DNA from: Eledone cirrhosa | Lineage: Eukaryota | Direction of reading: 5' to 3' | Assembly (NCBI GenBank): GCA_964016885.1 | Contig: OZ024741.1 | Location: forward strand, 223,634,001-223,698,000 | DNA: 64,000 nt | Shown: piece by piece, positions 13,900 through 27,231 of the stretch | Numbering within the stretch: position 1 is the first letter of the stretch | How the letters are laid out: each line of letters begins with the position of its first letter | Notes under the pieces: model-generated | What the model was told of the DNA's origin: nothing | The model's input: the letters and a program-made list of their open reading frames with translations, nothing else | Database searches by the model: none | Program-made: the position numbers and the translations under genes

Positions 13900-14410
13900 T
13901 TTTTACTTTTGGCACAAGGCCAGCAATTATCCCAGTGCATTACTGGTGCTTTATTTTATCGACCCCATAAGGATGAAAGGCAAAGTTAACCTCGACGGAA
14001 TTTGAACTCAGACTATAAAGGGCCGTAACTCTATGCTGCAAAGCATGTTGTCCGATGTTCTACCAATACTGCCTATCCACTGCCCTATTTGGTTTAATGA
14101 TGTCCTCCTTTCATTCATGTATGTATGAATAGATACATGCCTACTATGGAGTGCCATAGTGAATTATGAGGTGTCTTGGGCACTTTAAACATGGCAGAGC
14201 CCATCCCCTCTCCAGGTTTGAACACAGCTGATTTCTTCCAGAGAAGGAGAGAGGATGTAAGAAAGAGATTTAGAGAAAGAATCCACCTCAATACTGGACT
14301 GGTACTTTTTTTAATCAACCTCGAATAGATGAAAGGTAAAGTTGACTTTAGTGGGATTTGAACAAAAACCATAAAGCATTATATCCAATGTTCTAATGAT
14401 TCTGCCAATT
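13900..14410 (-). mobile_element. Two adjacent SINE family A copies (~13900-14086 and ~14170-14410)
   Basis: Reverse-complement cores GGATGAAAGGCAAAGTTAACCTCG..ATTTGAACTCAG. Confidence 0.75.
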
Positions 14411-14612
14411 CACTACTTCTTCTCATTAACGTAACCAGATAAATGAAATCTTTCTGATGTAGAATCATCAATGCCTTAGTTTTAGGCAACTCATACTTGC
14501 AATGTTACAAAATATTAATATTTTATAGAAGTATCAGTTTATTTTCTTACGGATTTGTTTTGTTGATATTTGTAGAATACCTTTGTAGTGACCTACATTC
14601 CGAGGGCTCATG

Positions 14613-14677
14613 GATACATTCTCCATGCGTTGTTTGGCTCAATTCAGCCAATCGACACCAGCATAGGAGAATGTATC
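14613..14677. ncRNA. Candidate pre-miRNA-like hairpin
   Basis: GATACATTCTCC/GGAGAATGTATC (12 bp perfect), ATGC/GCAT and TTGGCT/AGCCAA around a 6-nt loop, in sequence not repeated elsewhere in the window. Confidence 0.35.
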
Positions 14678-15254
14678 TCGACTTCCGACCTAGAGGGAAA
14701 AATTCCCGCAGCGATTCATAAGTCTCTCTCTTGCAGCTTGACCTTGCTAAGATAAACACCAATTCTTCTTTTGCTCCACAAACATGAGCAAAACATTACT
14801 ATGGGCCTGGCTAATGCCTCAGCCAGTCGACCGTACCTTCTCTTGCAATCTTAATTGGTTTATTTCATTTCTTTTGGCATGCCAGCTTAATCCACCTCTT
14901 AACCTTTGTTAATAAATTATGTAAAAACATGCTAAAGTCTTGTGATGCTATTTACCACAGCCATTGCCTTTAAATATGATATGGAAATATTCTTTCCAGA
15001 GTTATATTCACAGCAACAACAGCTTGAAACTTACAGCTGAACCTCAATTCAACTTACATGTATTGATATAACAAAACCACACCTTTCCTGTTACAACAAA
15101 TACACATCATTATAATTCTTCTTGGTGATATTACTATCATTAGATTTCTACTAAACCTTTGTTTTTTATATATAATTCAGAATTTGGTCTCATATCTGTA
15201 GGTTCTCTACAGATGCTCCAAATAACAGTCTGTTCTATTGCATAACTCAGTCAA

Positions 15255-15420
15255 GTGAAAAATATACCTTTCATTGGAGAATATAATTCTATGAAAAATA
15301 TAAATCTGCGTTAAAAATATAGTTCTCAGTGAAAAATATTGCTTTTGGTGAAAAATATAGTTCTCCATAAAAGATATAATTTTCAGTGAAAAATATAGCA
15401 CTCAGTGAAAAATAGCAATT
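15255..15420. repeat. Degenerate ~20-bp minisatellite (GAAAAATATAGTTCTCAGT-like)
   Basis: Recurrent GTGAAAAATATA motif. Confidence 0.6.
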
Positions 15421-16057
15421 TTGGAATTGGAAATAGAAATTTAGATTGATTGAGAATACAATTCAATGAAATTAAAATGAAAAGTAGTGAGTTTTATCTC
15501 AGTCATGGGAAGAAATTTAGTAGAAAGTTATGCTTTTTTATGGAAGTAGAAAAAAAAAATTTCGACAGGAATAATAAATCATTTCTGCATGAGAAAATTG
15601 TTTAGCAACATGAAGCACAAGAACGTTTTAAAACTCATTACCTTTTTTTATGCATTGCTAGTAACTAAATTATCAATAATGTGTTGTTTTTTTTCATTTT
15701 TTTAATAAACTTCAGTTATCTAGAATATGAAAAAAATATCTCAGACATTTATGGAGAGTAAAATCTTGAGCAAAGAATGTTGGATTGGGGTTCCTTCTGT
15801 AATTTTCTGCCAAAATTACAGAAATCAAAATTTAACTGGCACTTCTGTTTTTTATCAGTTGATGATGAGAGGTCTTCAAACCCCAAATTGATAATAAACC
15901 CTTCCGATATCATTGTTAGCAAGACAACATCTACACACTGTATGTGTGTGTATATATATATAGTGTAACATGACGTTACTGTAGGTTCACCCAGGTGAGC
16001 ACTTGATGTTTAGGTTCACATCAGTGGCGAGGTGTAGAGCTAAACAGTGTAAATATG

Positions 16058-16255
16058 ATAATAGAAGGACGATTTGTTAAGCCTTCATTACGTTTATATG
16101 TTCATTTGGTCATTACAGCAGCAGAGGTCCTACGAGCTTTTGATTCCAGAGTTGGGCCAGATCAATACAGATTGAACCTTGAGCTGATCAATAGCGAAAC
16201 ATGCGTCACCAATCAATAAACATAATGAAGGCTTAACAAATCATCCTTGTATTAT
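16058..16255 (+). mobile_element. ~200-bp fold-back element with 40-bp inverted termini and a decayed hammerhead (16170-16214)
   Basis: Left ATAATAGAAGGACGATTTGTTAAGCCTTCATTACGTTTAT matches the reverse complement of the right end with 3 mismatches; internal GCT-GATCAAT-AGC-GAAAC-ATGC-GTC. Confidence 0.75.
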
Positions 16256-16299
16256 TATATATATATATATATATTTATCCTTACCCTTATATATATATC

Positions 16300-16566
16300 C
16301 TTATATGGTGTGTTGTTTCCTTGAGCAAGAGACTTTATTTCACATTGCTCCAGTTTACTCAGCTGTAGAAATGAGATGATAGGGACTGGGGTCCATATCA
16401 TTCCACTGCAAATTGGTCGTGGAGGTGCCACGGCAAAAAAGCACCCAGCCCTCACTGTAAATGAGGTTGGTGTTAGGAAGGGCATCCAGCTGTAGAAATC
16501 AAGCCAGAATCAGTTCCCGTCCCACCCTTGCAAGCAGGGATAAGTGGACGTAAAATGAAATGAAAT
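16300..16566 (+). mobile_element. SINE family B, 5'-truncated
   Basis: Same core and tail as 7128-7535. Confidence 0.7.
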
Positions 16567-17001
16567 GATATATTGTTATATTTGAGGAGGGTCATATTGT
16601 TGTAATATTATTGCCAGAAATAATAACAGAACACACTCACTGTTTGGTTGGTTTTCGCTTCTGCAGCTTTTATATCTCCATAGTTAATTCATTTGGCCAT
16701 CAATGTTTATCACTGACTGACCAACGGTCAAAAATACAGATATGCAGAAATACAGATATGTCAAAAATACATGAAATATCGATATGCAAAAATAAACTCT
16801 GATGATTCCAACCTTGAACCAACTCCTGAAGGTCAAAGTATAAAACTATAAAAATTTGTTAAAAATTTTAAATTTTTAAATTTAAAGTTTTGAGGTTTTG
16901 GGAATTGCAATTCTATGAACCTAGCGGGTGAGGTTTAGGTCGACAGAAACATGTCAGTTTGACAAGTCTTTGAATTTTTTGTGTTTTTAAAAATTAGTGT
17001 A

Positions 17002-17062
<61 letters not shown>

Positions 17063-17666
17063 AAAGTTTGTCCTTCATCAGTGATCTTCCAACTATCATA
17101 GGCATTTCATCGCTTTAAAGACCATATACCTCCGGTTGGTGCGAGCAACGGCTAAAAAAAGTCGTTAGGACACGTAAATAAAGGGGACGCGAGGGTAAAC
17201 AAACAAAATGGTGAAGCAACAGAAAGTGAGGAAGAAGGGGACAAGTCCCAGATTTCTATGAATTTAAGTTCGGTGAAATCGTGAACGAGAGAATAAAGAC
17301 CATCAAACCTGGTTAAAATGTGAGCAAGGAAGGAATTTCGCACAGGTCTAACGGGAGGAAGAAGGGGTCTGGTCTGCGAATTCGGTAAACATAAGTTCTG
17401 TGAAATCGTAGACGAGAGAGAAAAAATTCCGACCAGCTTGGCCGAGAATGTGAGAGAAAAGAATTACTCACAGGTCAAACGGGAAGAAAGAGGAGGAGGA
17501 GAGGTAGTGAGAGAGAATGAGTGAGTGAAGGGTGAGGTGAGGAAGAGGCTAACAGAGAGAGAGACTGCTAGAAAGGGTAAAGATACATAGAACGAAAAAG
17601 ACGGTGTAGCAGCAGAGGAAAAAATATGTGTAAATATGATAATAAGGGCGCTGCGGAGTTGCAAAT

Positions 17667-17714
<48 letters not shown>

Positions 17715-18454
17715 ATGATGATGTCGACGACGTTGGCGGCGGCGGCGGTGGTGCGTGCGTGTGTGTGTGTGTATCATCACCATTTAACCTCTATTTTCTA
17801 TGGCTTGCATGGTTTACACGGGTTGTCATGTTATAATCCTAGACAGAACAGGTGGTCATGTCTTGCTCATATATATCTATAATCATCAATGTACAATGTT
17901 GATCTGCTCAACATCCACGCACCATATCTATTTATCCGATCTTCATAATCTGTCTGTCCATCTGTGTCTGGCTCGCTCCCCCCCCCCTCTCTCTCTCTCA
18001 CCCTCCACTGCAACATTTACACACCGGATCCAATGAGGGAACCTCTATGTGGATGGTTTTCCTGCCAGAAAAAGCAGTCAAACTGCTTACAGATTTCACC
18101 CTACCATCTTTAAAAAATGTAGTCATGATGAGAAAACAGGATTGTCATGGCCAAAATACCTTCAATCATGTCTGCTCAAAGGCTGACTGGTATGGGAAAT
18201 GACTAACGAACAAGATCAATAAAACCTTTTATACACTGTGTTATGTCATTCAATATCTTCTTAGATTTGAGACCTGTATACTGTGTTTATGTAATCAATA
18301 TGTATAGGGAGTTTATTTACTAAACATCTACACAGTGATTATTAGTCATAATCTTACAGCCTGTGTCTGTTTAACCAATACACCCTGCGTCTAGACAACA
18401 TACACATTGTATCTATTTAATAAACACTTTACGTGTGGTTTCTATGCTGTCATT

Positions 18455-21400
18455 TAGTCAACATCTACACACTGTGTCTATCTATACAACATCTACACAC
18501 TGTACCTGTCTTTACAACATCTACACACTGTACCTATCTATACATCTACACACTGTGTATATCTATACATCTACACACTGTGTCTATCTATACATCTACA
18601 CACTGTGTATATCTATACAACATCTACACACTGTGTATATCTATACAACATCTACACACTGTACCTATCTATACATCTACACACTGTACCTATCTATACA
18701 ACATCTACACACTGTACCTATCTATACAACATCTACACACTGTGTCTATCTATACAACATCTACACACTGTACCTATCTATACAACATCTACACACTGTA
18801 CCTATCTATACAACATCTACACACTGTGTCTATCTATACAACATCTACACACTGTGTATATCTATACAACATCTACACACTGTACCTATCTATACATCTA
18901 CACACTGTACCTATCTATACAGCATCTACACACTGTACCTATCTATACAACATCTACACACTGTGTCTATCTATACAACATCTACACACTGTACCTATCT
19001 ATACAACATCTACACACTGTACCTATCTATACAACATCTACACACTGTACCTATCTATACAACATCTACACACTGTGTCTATCTATACAACATCTACACA
19101 CTGTGTCTATATATACAACATCTACACACTGTACCTATCTATACATCTACACACTGTGTCTATCTATACAACATCTACACACTGTGTCTATCTATACAAC
19201 ATCTACACACTGTACCTATCTATACAACATCTACACACTGTGTCTATCTATACAACATCTACACACTGTACCTATCTATACAACATCTACACACTGTACC
19301 TATCTATACAACATCTACACACTGTGTCTATCTATACAACATCTACACACTGTGTCTATCTATACAACATCTACACACTGTGTCTATCTATACAACATCT
19401 ACACACTGTGTCTATATATACAACATCTACACACTGTACCTATCTATACATCTACACACTGTGTCTATCTATACAACATCTACACACTGTACCTATCTAT
19501 ACAACATCTACACACTGTGTCTATCTATACAACATCTACACACTGTACCTATCTATACAACATCTACACACTGTACCTATCTATACAACATCTACACACT
19601 GTGTCTATCTATACAACATCTACACACTATGTCTATCTATACAACATCTACACACTGTACCTATCTATACATCTACACACTGTGTCTATCTATACAACAT
19701 CTACACACTGTACCTATCTATACAACATCTACACACTGTGTCTATCTATACAACATCTACACACTGTACCTATCTATACAACATCTACACACTGTACCTA
19801 TCTATACAACATCTACACACTGTGTCTATCTATACAACATCTACACACTGTACCTATCTATACAACATCTACACACTGTACCTATCTATACAACATCTAC
19901 ACACTGTGTCTATCTATACAACATCTACACACTATGTCTATCTATACAACATCTACACACTGTGTCTATCTATACATCTACACACTGTGTCTATCTATAC
20001 AACATCTACACACTGTACCTATCTATACAACATCTACACACTGTGTCTATCTATACAACATCTACACACTGTACCTATCTATACAACATCTACACACTGT
20101 ACCTATCTATACATCTACACACTGTACCTATCTATACAACATCTACACACTGTACCTATCTATACAACATCTACACACTGTGTCTATCTATACAACATCT
20201 ACACACTGTACCTATCTATACAACATCTACACACTGTGTCTATCTATACAACATCTACACACTGTACCTATCTATACAACATCTACACACTGTACCTATC
20301 TATACATCTACACACTGTACCTATCTATACAACATCTACACACTGTGTCTATCTATACATCTACAGACTGTACCTATCTATACAACATCTACACACTGTA
20401 CCTATCTATACAACATCTACACACTGTACCTATCTATACAACATCTACACACTGTACCTATCTATACAACATCTACACACTATGTCTATCTATACATCTA
20501 CACACTGTGTCTATCTATACATCTACACACTGTACCTATCTATACAACATCTACACACTGTACCTATCTATACAACATCTACACACTGTGTCTATCTATA
20601 CAACATCTACACACTGTACCTATCTATACAACATCTACACACTGTGTCTATCTATACAACATCTACACACTGTACCTATCTATACAACATCTACACACTG
20701 TGTCTATCTATACAACATCTACACACTGTACCTATCTATACATCTACACACTGTACCTATCTATACAACATCTACACACTGTACCTATCTATACAACATC
20801 TACACACTGTGTCTATCTATACAACATCTACACACTATGTCTATCTATACAACATCTACACACTGTACCTATCTATACAACATCTACACACTGTGTCTAT
20901 CTATACAACATCTACACACTATGTCTATCTATACAACATCTACACACTGTACCTATCTATACAACATCTACACACTGTGTCTATCTATACAACATCTACA
21001 CACTGTACCTATCTATACAACATCTACACACTGTACCTATCTATACAACATCTACACACTGTACCTATCTATACATCTACACACTGTACCTATCTATACA
21101 ACATCTACACACTGTGTCTATCTATACATCTACACACTATGTCTATCTATACAACATCTACACACTGTACCTATCTATACATCTACACACTGTGTCTATC
21201 TATACAACATCTACACACTGTACCTATCTATACAACATCTACACACTGTGTCTATCTATACAACATCTACACACTGTACCTATCTATACAACATCTAGAC
21301 ACTGTGTCTATCTATACAACATCTACACACTGTACCTATCTATACAACATCTACACACTGTACCTATCTATACAACATCTACACACTATGTCTATCTATA

Positions 21401-21535
21401 CAACATCTACACACTGTACCTATCTATACAACATCTACACACTGTACCTATCTATACAACATCTACACACTATGTCTATCTATACAACATCTACACACTA
21501 TGTCTATCTATACATCTACACACTATATCTATCCA
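18455..21535. repeat. 28-bp satellite CAACATCTACACACTGT(AC/GT)CTATCTATA with a 25-bp variant, >100 copies; degenerate flanks to ~18230 and ~23630
   Basis: Directly visible; the unit is stop-free and not divisible by 3, which gives the three overlapping long ORFs. Confidence 0.97.
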
Positions 21536-21948
21536 CACACAGTCTATATGGTTAGCATGTACAATCTGTTTCACTCCAGTGAAAATCAACATATTGCATC
21601 TAATAAATATCTAAACACTGTTTATTTAGACATATACACATCAGTTATTTAGACATGTGCACACTATCTATTCTATTCAACAGCTACATGCTGTTAACTC
21701 AATCAACATCTACAAACTTTGCCTGTTAAACATAAGCATGCTGTGTCTATTTAATAAACATTTAACACTATCTATTCATTCAACATATACACACTCTCTA
21801 TTTTGTCAACATGTATTTACTAAGTGTATCTTAACATCTACACTTCATTTTTCCAGGCAATATTTACATACACTGTATATTTATTCAATATTTATGCACT
21901 GTCTTTAGTCAACATTTTTTTCTCTGTATATCCAGACAGCATCTACAC

Positions 21949-22236
21949 CAGTCATGGGCAACCTGAGGCCCGCAAAGCTTTCTGAATGGCTCACCTAAGT
22001 CACCTAAGTGAAGTCTTTCTGATTTTTTTACCCCGACTTTTCAGTCGTAATTCATCTTTCTATCATTTTTGCGATCGAGGAAAATGTGTATGAATTCTGA
22101 AGAAACAAATCAAAACAACCTGAGTTACTGCCCTTTTTTTTAATGTGGACACAAACGTAAATTAGCGCTTGCAGCCCGCCTGATGATGAAACATATCTCA
22201 TGCGGCCCGCTTCTCGAAAAAGCTTGCCCATGCCTG
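21949..22236. mobile_element. hAT-superfamily MITE
   Basis: TIRs CAGTCATGGGCAA / TTGCCCATGCCTG and a perfect 8-bp TSD ATCTACAC (21941-48, 22237-44). Confidence 0.9.
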
Positions 22237-22729
22237 ATCTACACACTATATAGTCAACACATACACAGTAACAATTTTGTAAGCATGTACACATTGTGGA
22301 TATCTAGGCAACATTTAGCCTATTTCAGATGGTTTAGTATCAAAAGGGTTAAACTGCCGCTGGTTCTACAAAGCAAAACTGTTGGATTTAAAATGTTTAT
22401 ATTTATCTAAACACTTTCCTTCATTTTATGTAAGAATCTTTGTTAGGTTATGTCCCAATTACCAGTTTAATGATAAAGTTAGTTATATTATTAAATCCTT
22501 GACTATTTTCAAAATTATCTGAAGATTATAAGCTCTTTCATTAAAAATATGGTAATGAAAGGATTAAACACTGTGTCTATCAAGTCAACATATATACACA
22601 ATTTTTCCAGTCTAGCATTTAGACACACTGTCTATTTTGTAGTTATCCAATCAGCTTTCATACATTTCATCAAGTTAATCAATGCCTGTATTCTGTAATA
22701 ATTTAGTCGATCTGCAAACACTTTATTAG

Positions 22730-23000
22730 GCGATTAAATAGCAGATCAGATAGAATGCTTTGCGGCATTCATTCTGTGTCTCTGCACTCTGAGTTCAAAA
22801 ACCTTTCGTCCTTTTGAGGTCAATAAAGAAAGTATCAGTCCAGTACTGAGGTCAATTGTTTTCTCTATATCTATCTCTCTCCCCACTCTCTCTCTCTTCA
22901 GATCTGGAAAGGTATCCATCAGGTTTTAAAATGCCCAAGACATGCCGAATATCACTACAGAGTTCCTACATCTCCATCAGAAGTTACAGGTCCATACATA
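22730..23000 (+). mobile_element. Decayed SINE family A
   Basis: CTCTGAGTTCAAA..TTTCGTCCTTTTGAGGTCAATAAAGAAAGTATCAGTCCAGTACTG. Confidence 0.6.
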
Positions 23001-24373
23001 AAAACACTACCCAGTGAACACATACATACTGTGTTTAAGCAACAGCTACACAGTGTGTCTAGTCAATCAACAGCTATAAACTGTGTCTTTCCAATTAACA
23101 TATACTTGATGTCTATTTATTTTAACATCTGTACAATATGTCTATCCAGTTAACATGTCCTTTTAGATTATACATGCACACTGTCTATTTAGTCAAAATT
23201 CACACACATTCATTATCATCATAGCAAGGGTAGGATGTGTTATCACAGACTGGTCAGTATTCAAGCGGAACCTCTGACCTTCAGGTGGGCCAAGAGCCCA
23301 ACATACAATCTTGTGCTCTACCGAGTGCATTTTATTGTGGCACCAACACTAGGGAAGTTATCGTGTCTTTAATACAACTGAACAGTCATCCTGGCAGGTT
23401 TTCAATGGTTGGATGCACTTCCTATTGCCAACCACTTTAGAGTGTACTTGGTGCATTTATATATATGTGTGTGTGTGTTTTCAAAATATTCACCCTGTGT
23501 TGATCCTGTCTATATCTACAGATTGTGTCTATGTAGTCAACATACTGAGTCAATACCGTCAGTGTACACACTGGCTAGTCAACATCTATACACTATCTCT
23601 ATCTACTCAACATACACACACTGTATCAATAGTCAAAATCAAAAAAACTGTCATATTGCATTTATTTAAACATGCCACATACACCCACACGGTCTTGCAT
23701 GCATGCATGTACACATACATTCACCCACACAGTCTTGCATGCATGTACACACATACATACACACACAGTTTTGCATGCATGCATGTACAGACACACATAC
23801 TTATCCACACACAGTGTTGCTTGCGTGTACAGACTCACATACACACACACATAGTCAGTCACTCACACATACTCTTGTGTATGTTCACAAACGCACACTC
23901 TTAAACTAATACACAACTATATAGCAGTAAAGGTGACCGTGATCTTTTGCAATTGTGCACTTGCAAAGGTTCTTCAAATGCTGAATAGCCAAGAGGCTTT
24001 GCACGTCTAATTGTGACTGATAAATGTTCAAACAGCACGAGTCTTGATATAGCAACAGAAACATGTAGTCAGCTCAAAATAAGTTTGCTAATCAAACATT
24101 TTAGTAATATGCCAAGGCATCTCGTGTTGCGAATCTCACTAATCGAATAATTATATTACTTCACACATCTGCTTTTTCCTTGCGGATTGCTGTATTTTGG
24201 AAACAAGCTTATCTCTTTTGTACTACAATTGATATAGTTTAGAAGACGTGAACGTTTCAGTCGTAAATTTAATATAATAAAAAAGTTATTGCTATTTAAG
24301 CAAATTGTATTATGGTCTAGCTTTGCTCTTCTTTATTATTGTATATTTTTGTTATGTAGGAGAGAGAGGGGGG

Positions 24374-24438
<65 letters not shown>

Positions 24439-25659
24439 CATGTGTGTGCAGAAAGAGAAAAAGGAAGGAAAGAAAAGAGGTGGGGGTGAAAAGAAGTAAT
24501 ATGCAAAAAGAAGTTGAATTTTCAAGAAATACAATTTTCTGATTTTTCATATTAATTGAGTCAAGTGTTATAAAATTTATGATTATAATCTAATAATAAA
24601 AAGGTATGTGTGCATATATATACATACATGCATATATATATATATACATATACACGTGTGAATAAATTATACACAAAGATATACACATGCACTTAGAGTG
24701 ACACACACACAAATGTACTCATATATATGTATGTGTGTGTATATATATGTGTGTGTGTGTATATGTGTGTGTGTATGTGTCTGTATGTATATGTGTCTGT
24801 GTATGTATATGTGTGTGTGTGTATGTATATGTATATATATGTATGTGTATGTGTATGTATATATGTATATATGTATGTGTGTGTGAGTATATATATATAT
24901 ATACATATGTGTGTATGTAAATGCATATGTATGTATATAAATATATACATACACTCAAACATACATATCTTCCACAGAATTCTTATTTTTATTGTAAAAT
25001 ATAATCCAATTCTGTTAAACAATTTTAATATTGATTTTTTTTATCTATTTATATTTCTGCATGCCATTGTTCGTTACTGCTTTTTGTGTTCCATCAATTT
25101 TCGTAAGGATGATGATGATGATGATGATAATAATAGTAATAAATACAGTGTTTTTATTGAAGATGCAACTATATTCTCTCTGATAGTTTATTGCTTGAAT
25201 TCTTTTGTTCCTTCCTAGAACATTTTTACTATTTGTATTAAAACGTCCGTAACCCATGAACCCTCAGTCTCCCGTCTACTTACTATACCACCATTAATGA
25301 TCTCATTGGGATATCTCTTTGATTTTATAGGAAGACAAATGTTTGTATGTAATATATTATGTGTGTATGTATGCTTGTGTGCATGTATGTGTGCATGCAT
25401 GTTTTTTCTTTCTCTCTTAATTTTGAGTTTATTTTTAACCGACCGTCTTCTCAGTAGCAACGTTGCAGAGAAAAGGAAATTTTCATTGTGCTTTGTACAA
25501 TTTTTCATCCTTTGAATAGTAAGAATGTTTTACAGATTTTGTAGGTTCCAGATATTGCGAACATTTGTACATTATTCTATGTACTAGACATGCACCTTTA
25601 ATGAGTTGTAGTGCACCTGAGCACTGTACACAATAATTTCATTATTATCATTATTGATA

Positions 25660-25822
25660 ATATGCTTTCCAGCATAGTTACGTCCCTTTACGATCTGAGT
25701 TTAAATCCCGCCGAGGTTGACTTTGCCTTTCATCCTTACGGGGTCGATAAAATAAAGTACCAGTAATGCACTGGGTAATTGCTGGCCTTGTGCCTAAAGT
25801 AGAGACAATTATCATTATTATT
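25660..25822 (+). mobile_element. SINE family A, 3' part
   Basis: GAGTTTAAATCCCGCCGAGGTTGACTTTGCCTTTCATCC..GTCGATAAAATAAAGTACCAG with (ATT)n tail. Confidence 0.8.
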
Positions 25823-25839
25823 TAAAGAGCAACATTCTT

Positions 25840-26260
25840 TCTCCAAAAATCCAAGTTCAGGCATACTTTGGTTCAGGTGGGTTGGTATATATCCTGGAGT
25901 TCCATTAATAATAGGTATGAAGCTGAATATCTATCTTGGGTACTGAATTTGCAAATTCCTTCTCAATGGTCTAGTTATCCTTCTTCTCTTGTATTTTTCT
26001 TACCACATTGACATTAAGTGGTCAGCTGACTTCTACAACAGTGCATGTTTTTTTTTCAGTGTGGTCCCAAACAACAATATCAGGCTGGTTATCTTTTAAT
26101 TTAGTGATGGTGTATATTTTTAGATTCCACCTGTATTTCTTTGAGCTAGCCAGTCTCAATATATACCTCCCTATTTGTTTTTCTGTATGTATAAGTAATT
26201 TTAATCGAGGGTGGTTTTAAACCTCATCATTTGTTAAATTTATGTAATGTATCAAACATA
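25840..26260 (-). mobile_element. Decayed LINE fragment encoding a restriction-like endonuclease (RLE) domain
   Basis: Minus translation WNLKIYT..DNQPDIVVWDHTEKKTCTVVEVS*P..FSFIPIINGTPG matches the PD..(D/E) RLE motif of R2/R4/NeSL-type elements. Confidence 0.7.
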
Positions 26261-26478
26261 TGTTAAACTGATCTCTCTCTTCTGGTTATATATAATTTTC
26301 ATCATCATCATCATCATCATCATTGTTTCAATTTTTCCATGTTGGCATGGGTTGAACAGGACTTTTTAAGACTATGTTTTACAGCCGGATATTCTTGCTG
26401 GCACGAACCCTTTTAATCTCTTATGACATACATGGATACGGTGTACCTATTCTAAACATGATATACACAGTATATATG

Positions 26479-26960
26479 TGTAGCGACGTGGTTAGTCGGT
26501 CTGGTCGCTACTTCTGATCAGATCCGAGAATAGCCCTTAAAAGGACTGTTATCACATACGGTTTGATCGGATCTGAGGAAAGCCCTTAAAAGGACTGTTG
26601 TCACATACGGCAAGGATGAACAGACGAAAGCACAAGTTGAAAGGACAAGCAAGGCGAGAGATGTAGTTTCGGTCAACTATTTATTTTCATACATGAAGCG
26701 ACGATACAGAGGTACAAGGCGTGTGTGAGTGACAAGTGTGGCAGAGGAGAGGAACAACGATACGCGAGCTGACTCTGCCAAAGTCGACTGACGAAAGTGT
26801 TTGGAACCACTCTATACAGAAATAATCGTTTGATGTTTAGCTGCTGCGTAGGCGTTTTATTTTGGTGGCTTTAAGGGTTGTTTGTTTCACGGTGAGATAG
26901 CTAGCTAAGTAGATAGATGGAGCTGTTTATTTCACAGATGTTATTTCCGGTGGCTGTACA
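26479..26960 (-). mobile_element. Solo LTR (482 bp), probably Ty3/Gypsy
   Basis: TGTA..TACA termini, 4-bp TSD TATG on both sides, AATAAA on the minus strand, internal ~50-bp tandem duplication. Strand is tentative. Confidence 0.75.
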
Positions 26961-27231
26961 TATGTATAAAGTGTGTGTGTGTGTACTAAATATTGCCTGA
27001 TTGATCGCATGTATACTTCACATGTGTGAAATTCTGAGTAACAATGGAGCAGATTACCAAAGTTACCCAGTAATGAAGGCTCTTTATTCCTTATTCTTCA
27101 TTAAAGAATAGAAAGTGTAATAAAGCGCATACATTGGAAAACTTCCTTCTACAAAAGAAGCATTACTGAGACACCTAAAGATAAGTTTGAATTTAAATCC
27201 TCTGCAATAAAAAAAAAATATATATATATAT

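Noticed and set aside
18433-21614. Three ~900-1060-aa ORFs
   Set aside because: A 28-bp stop-free satellite read in all three frames.
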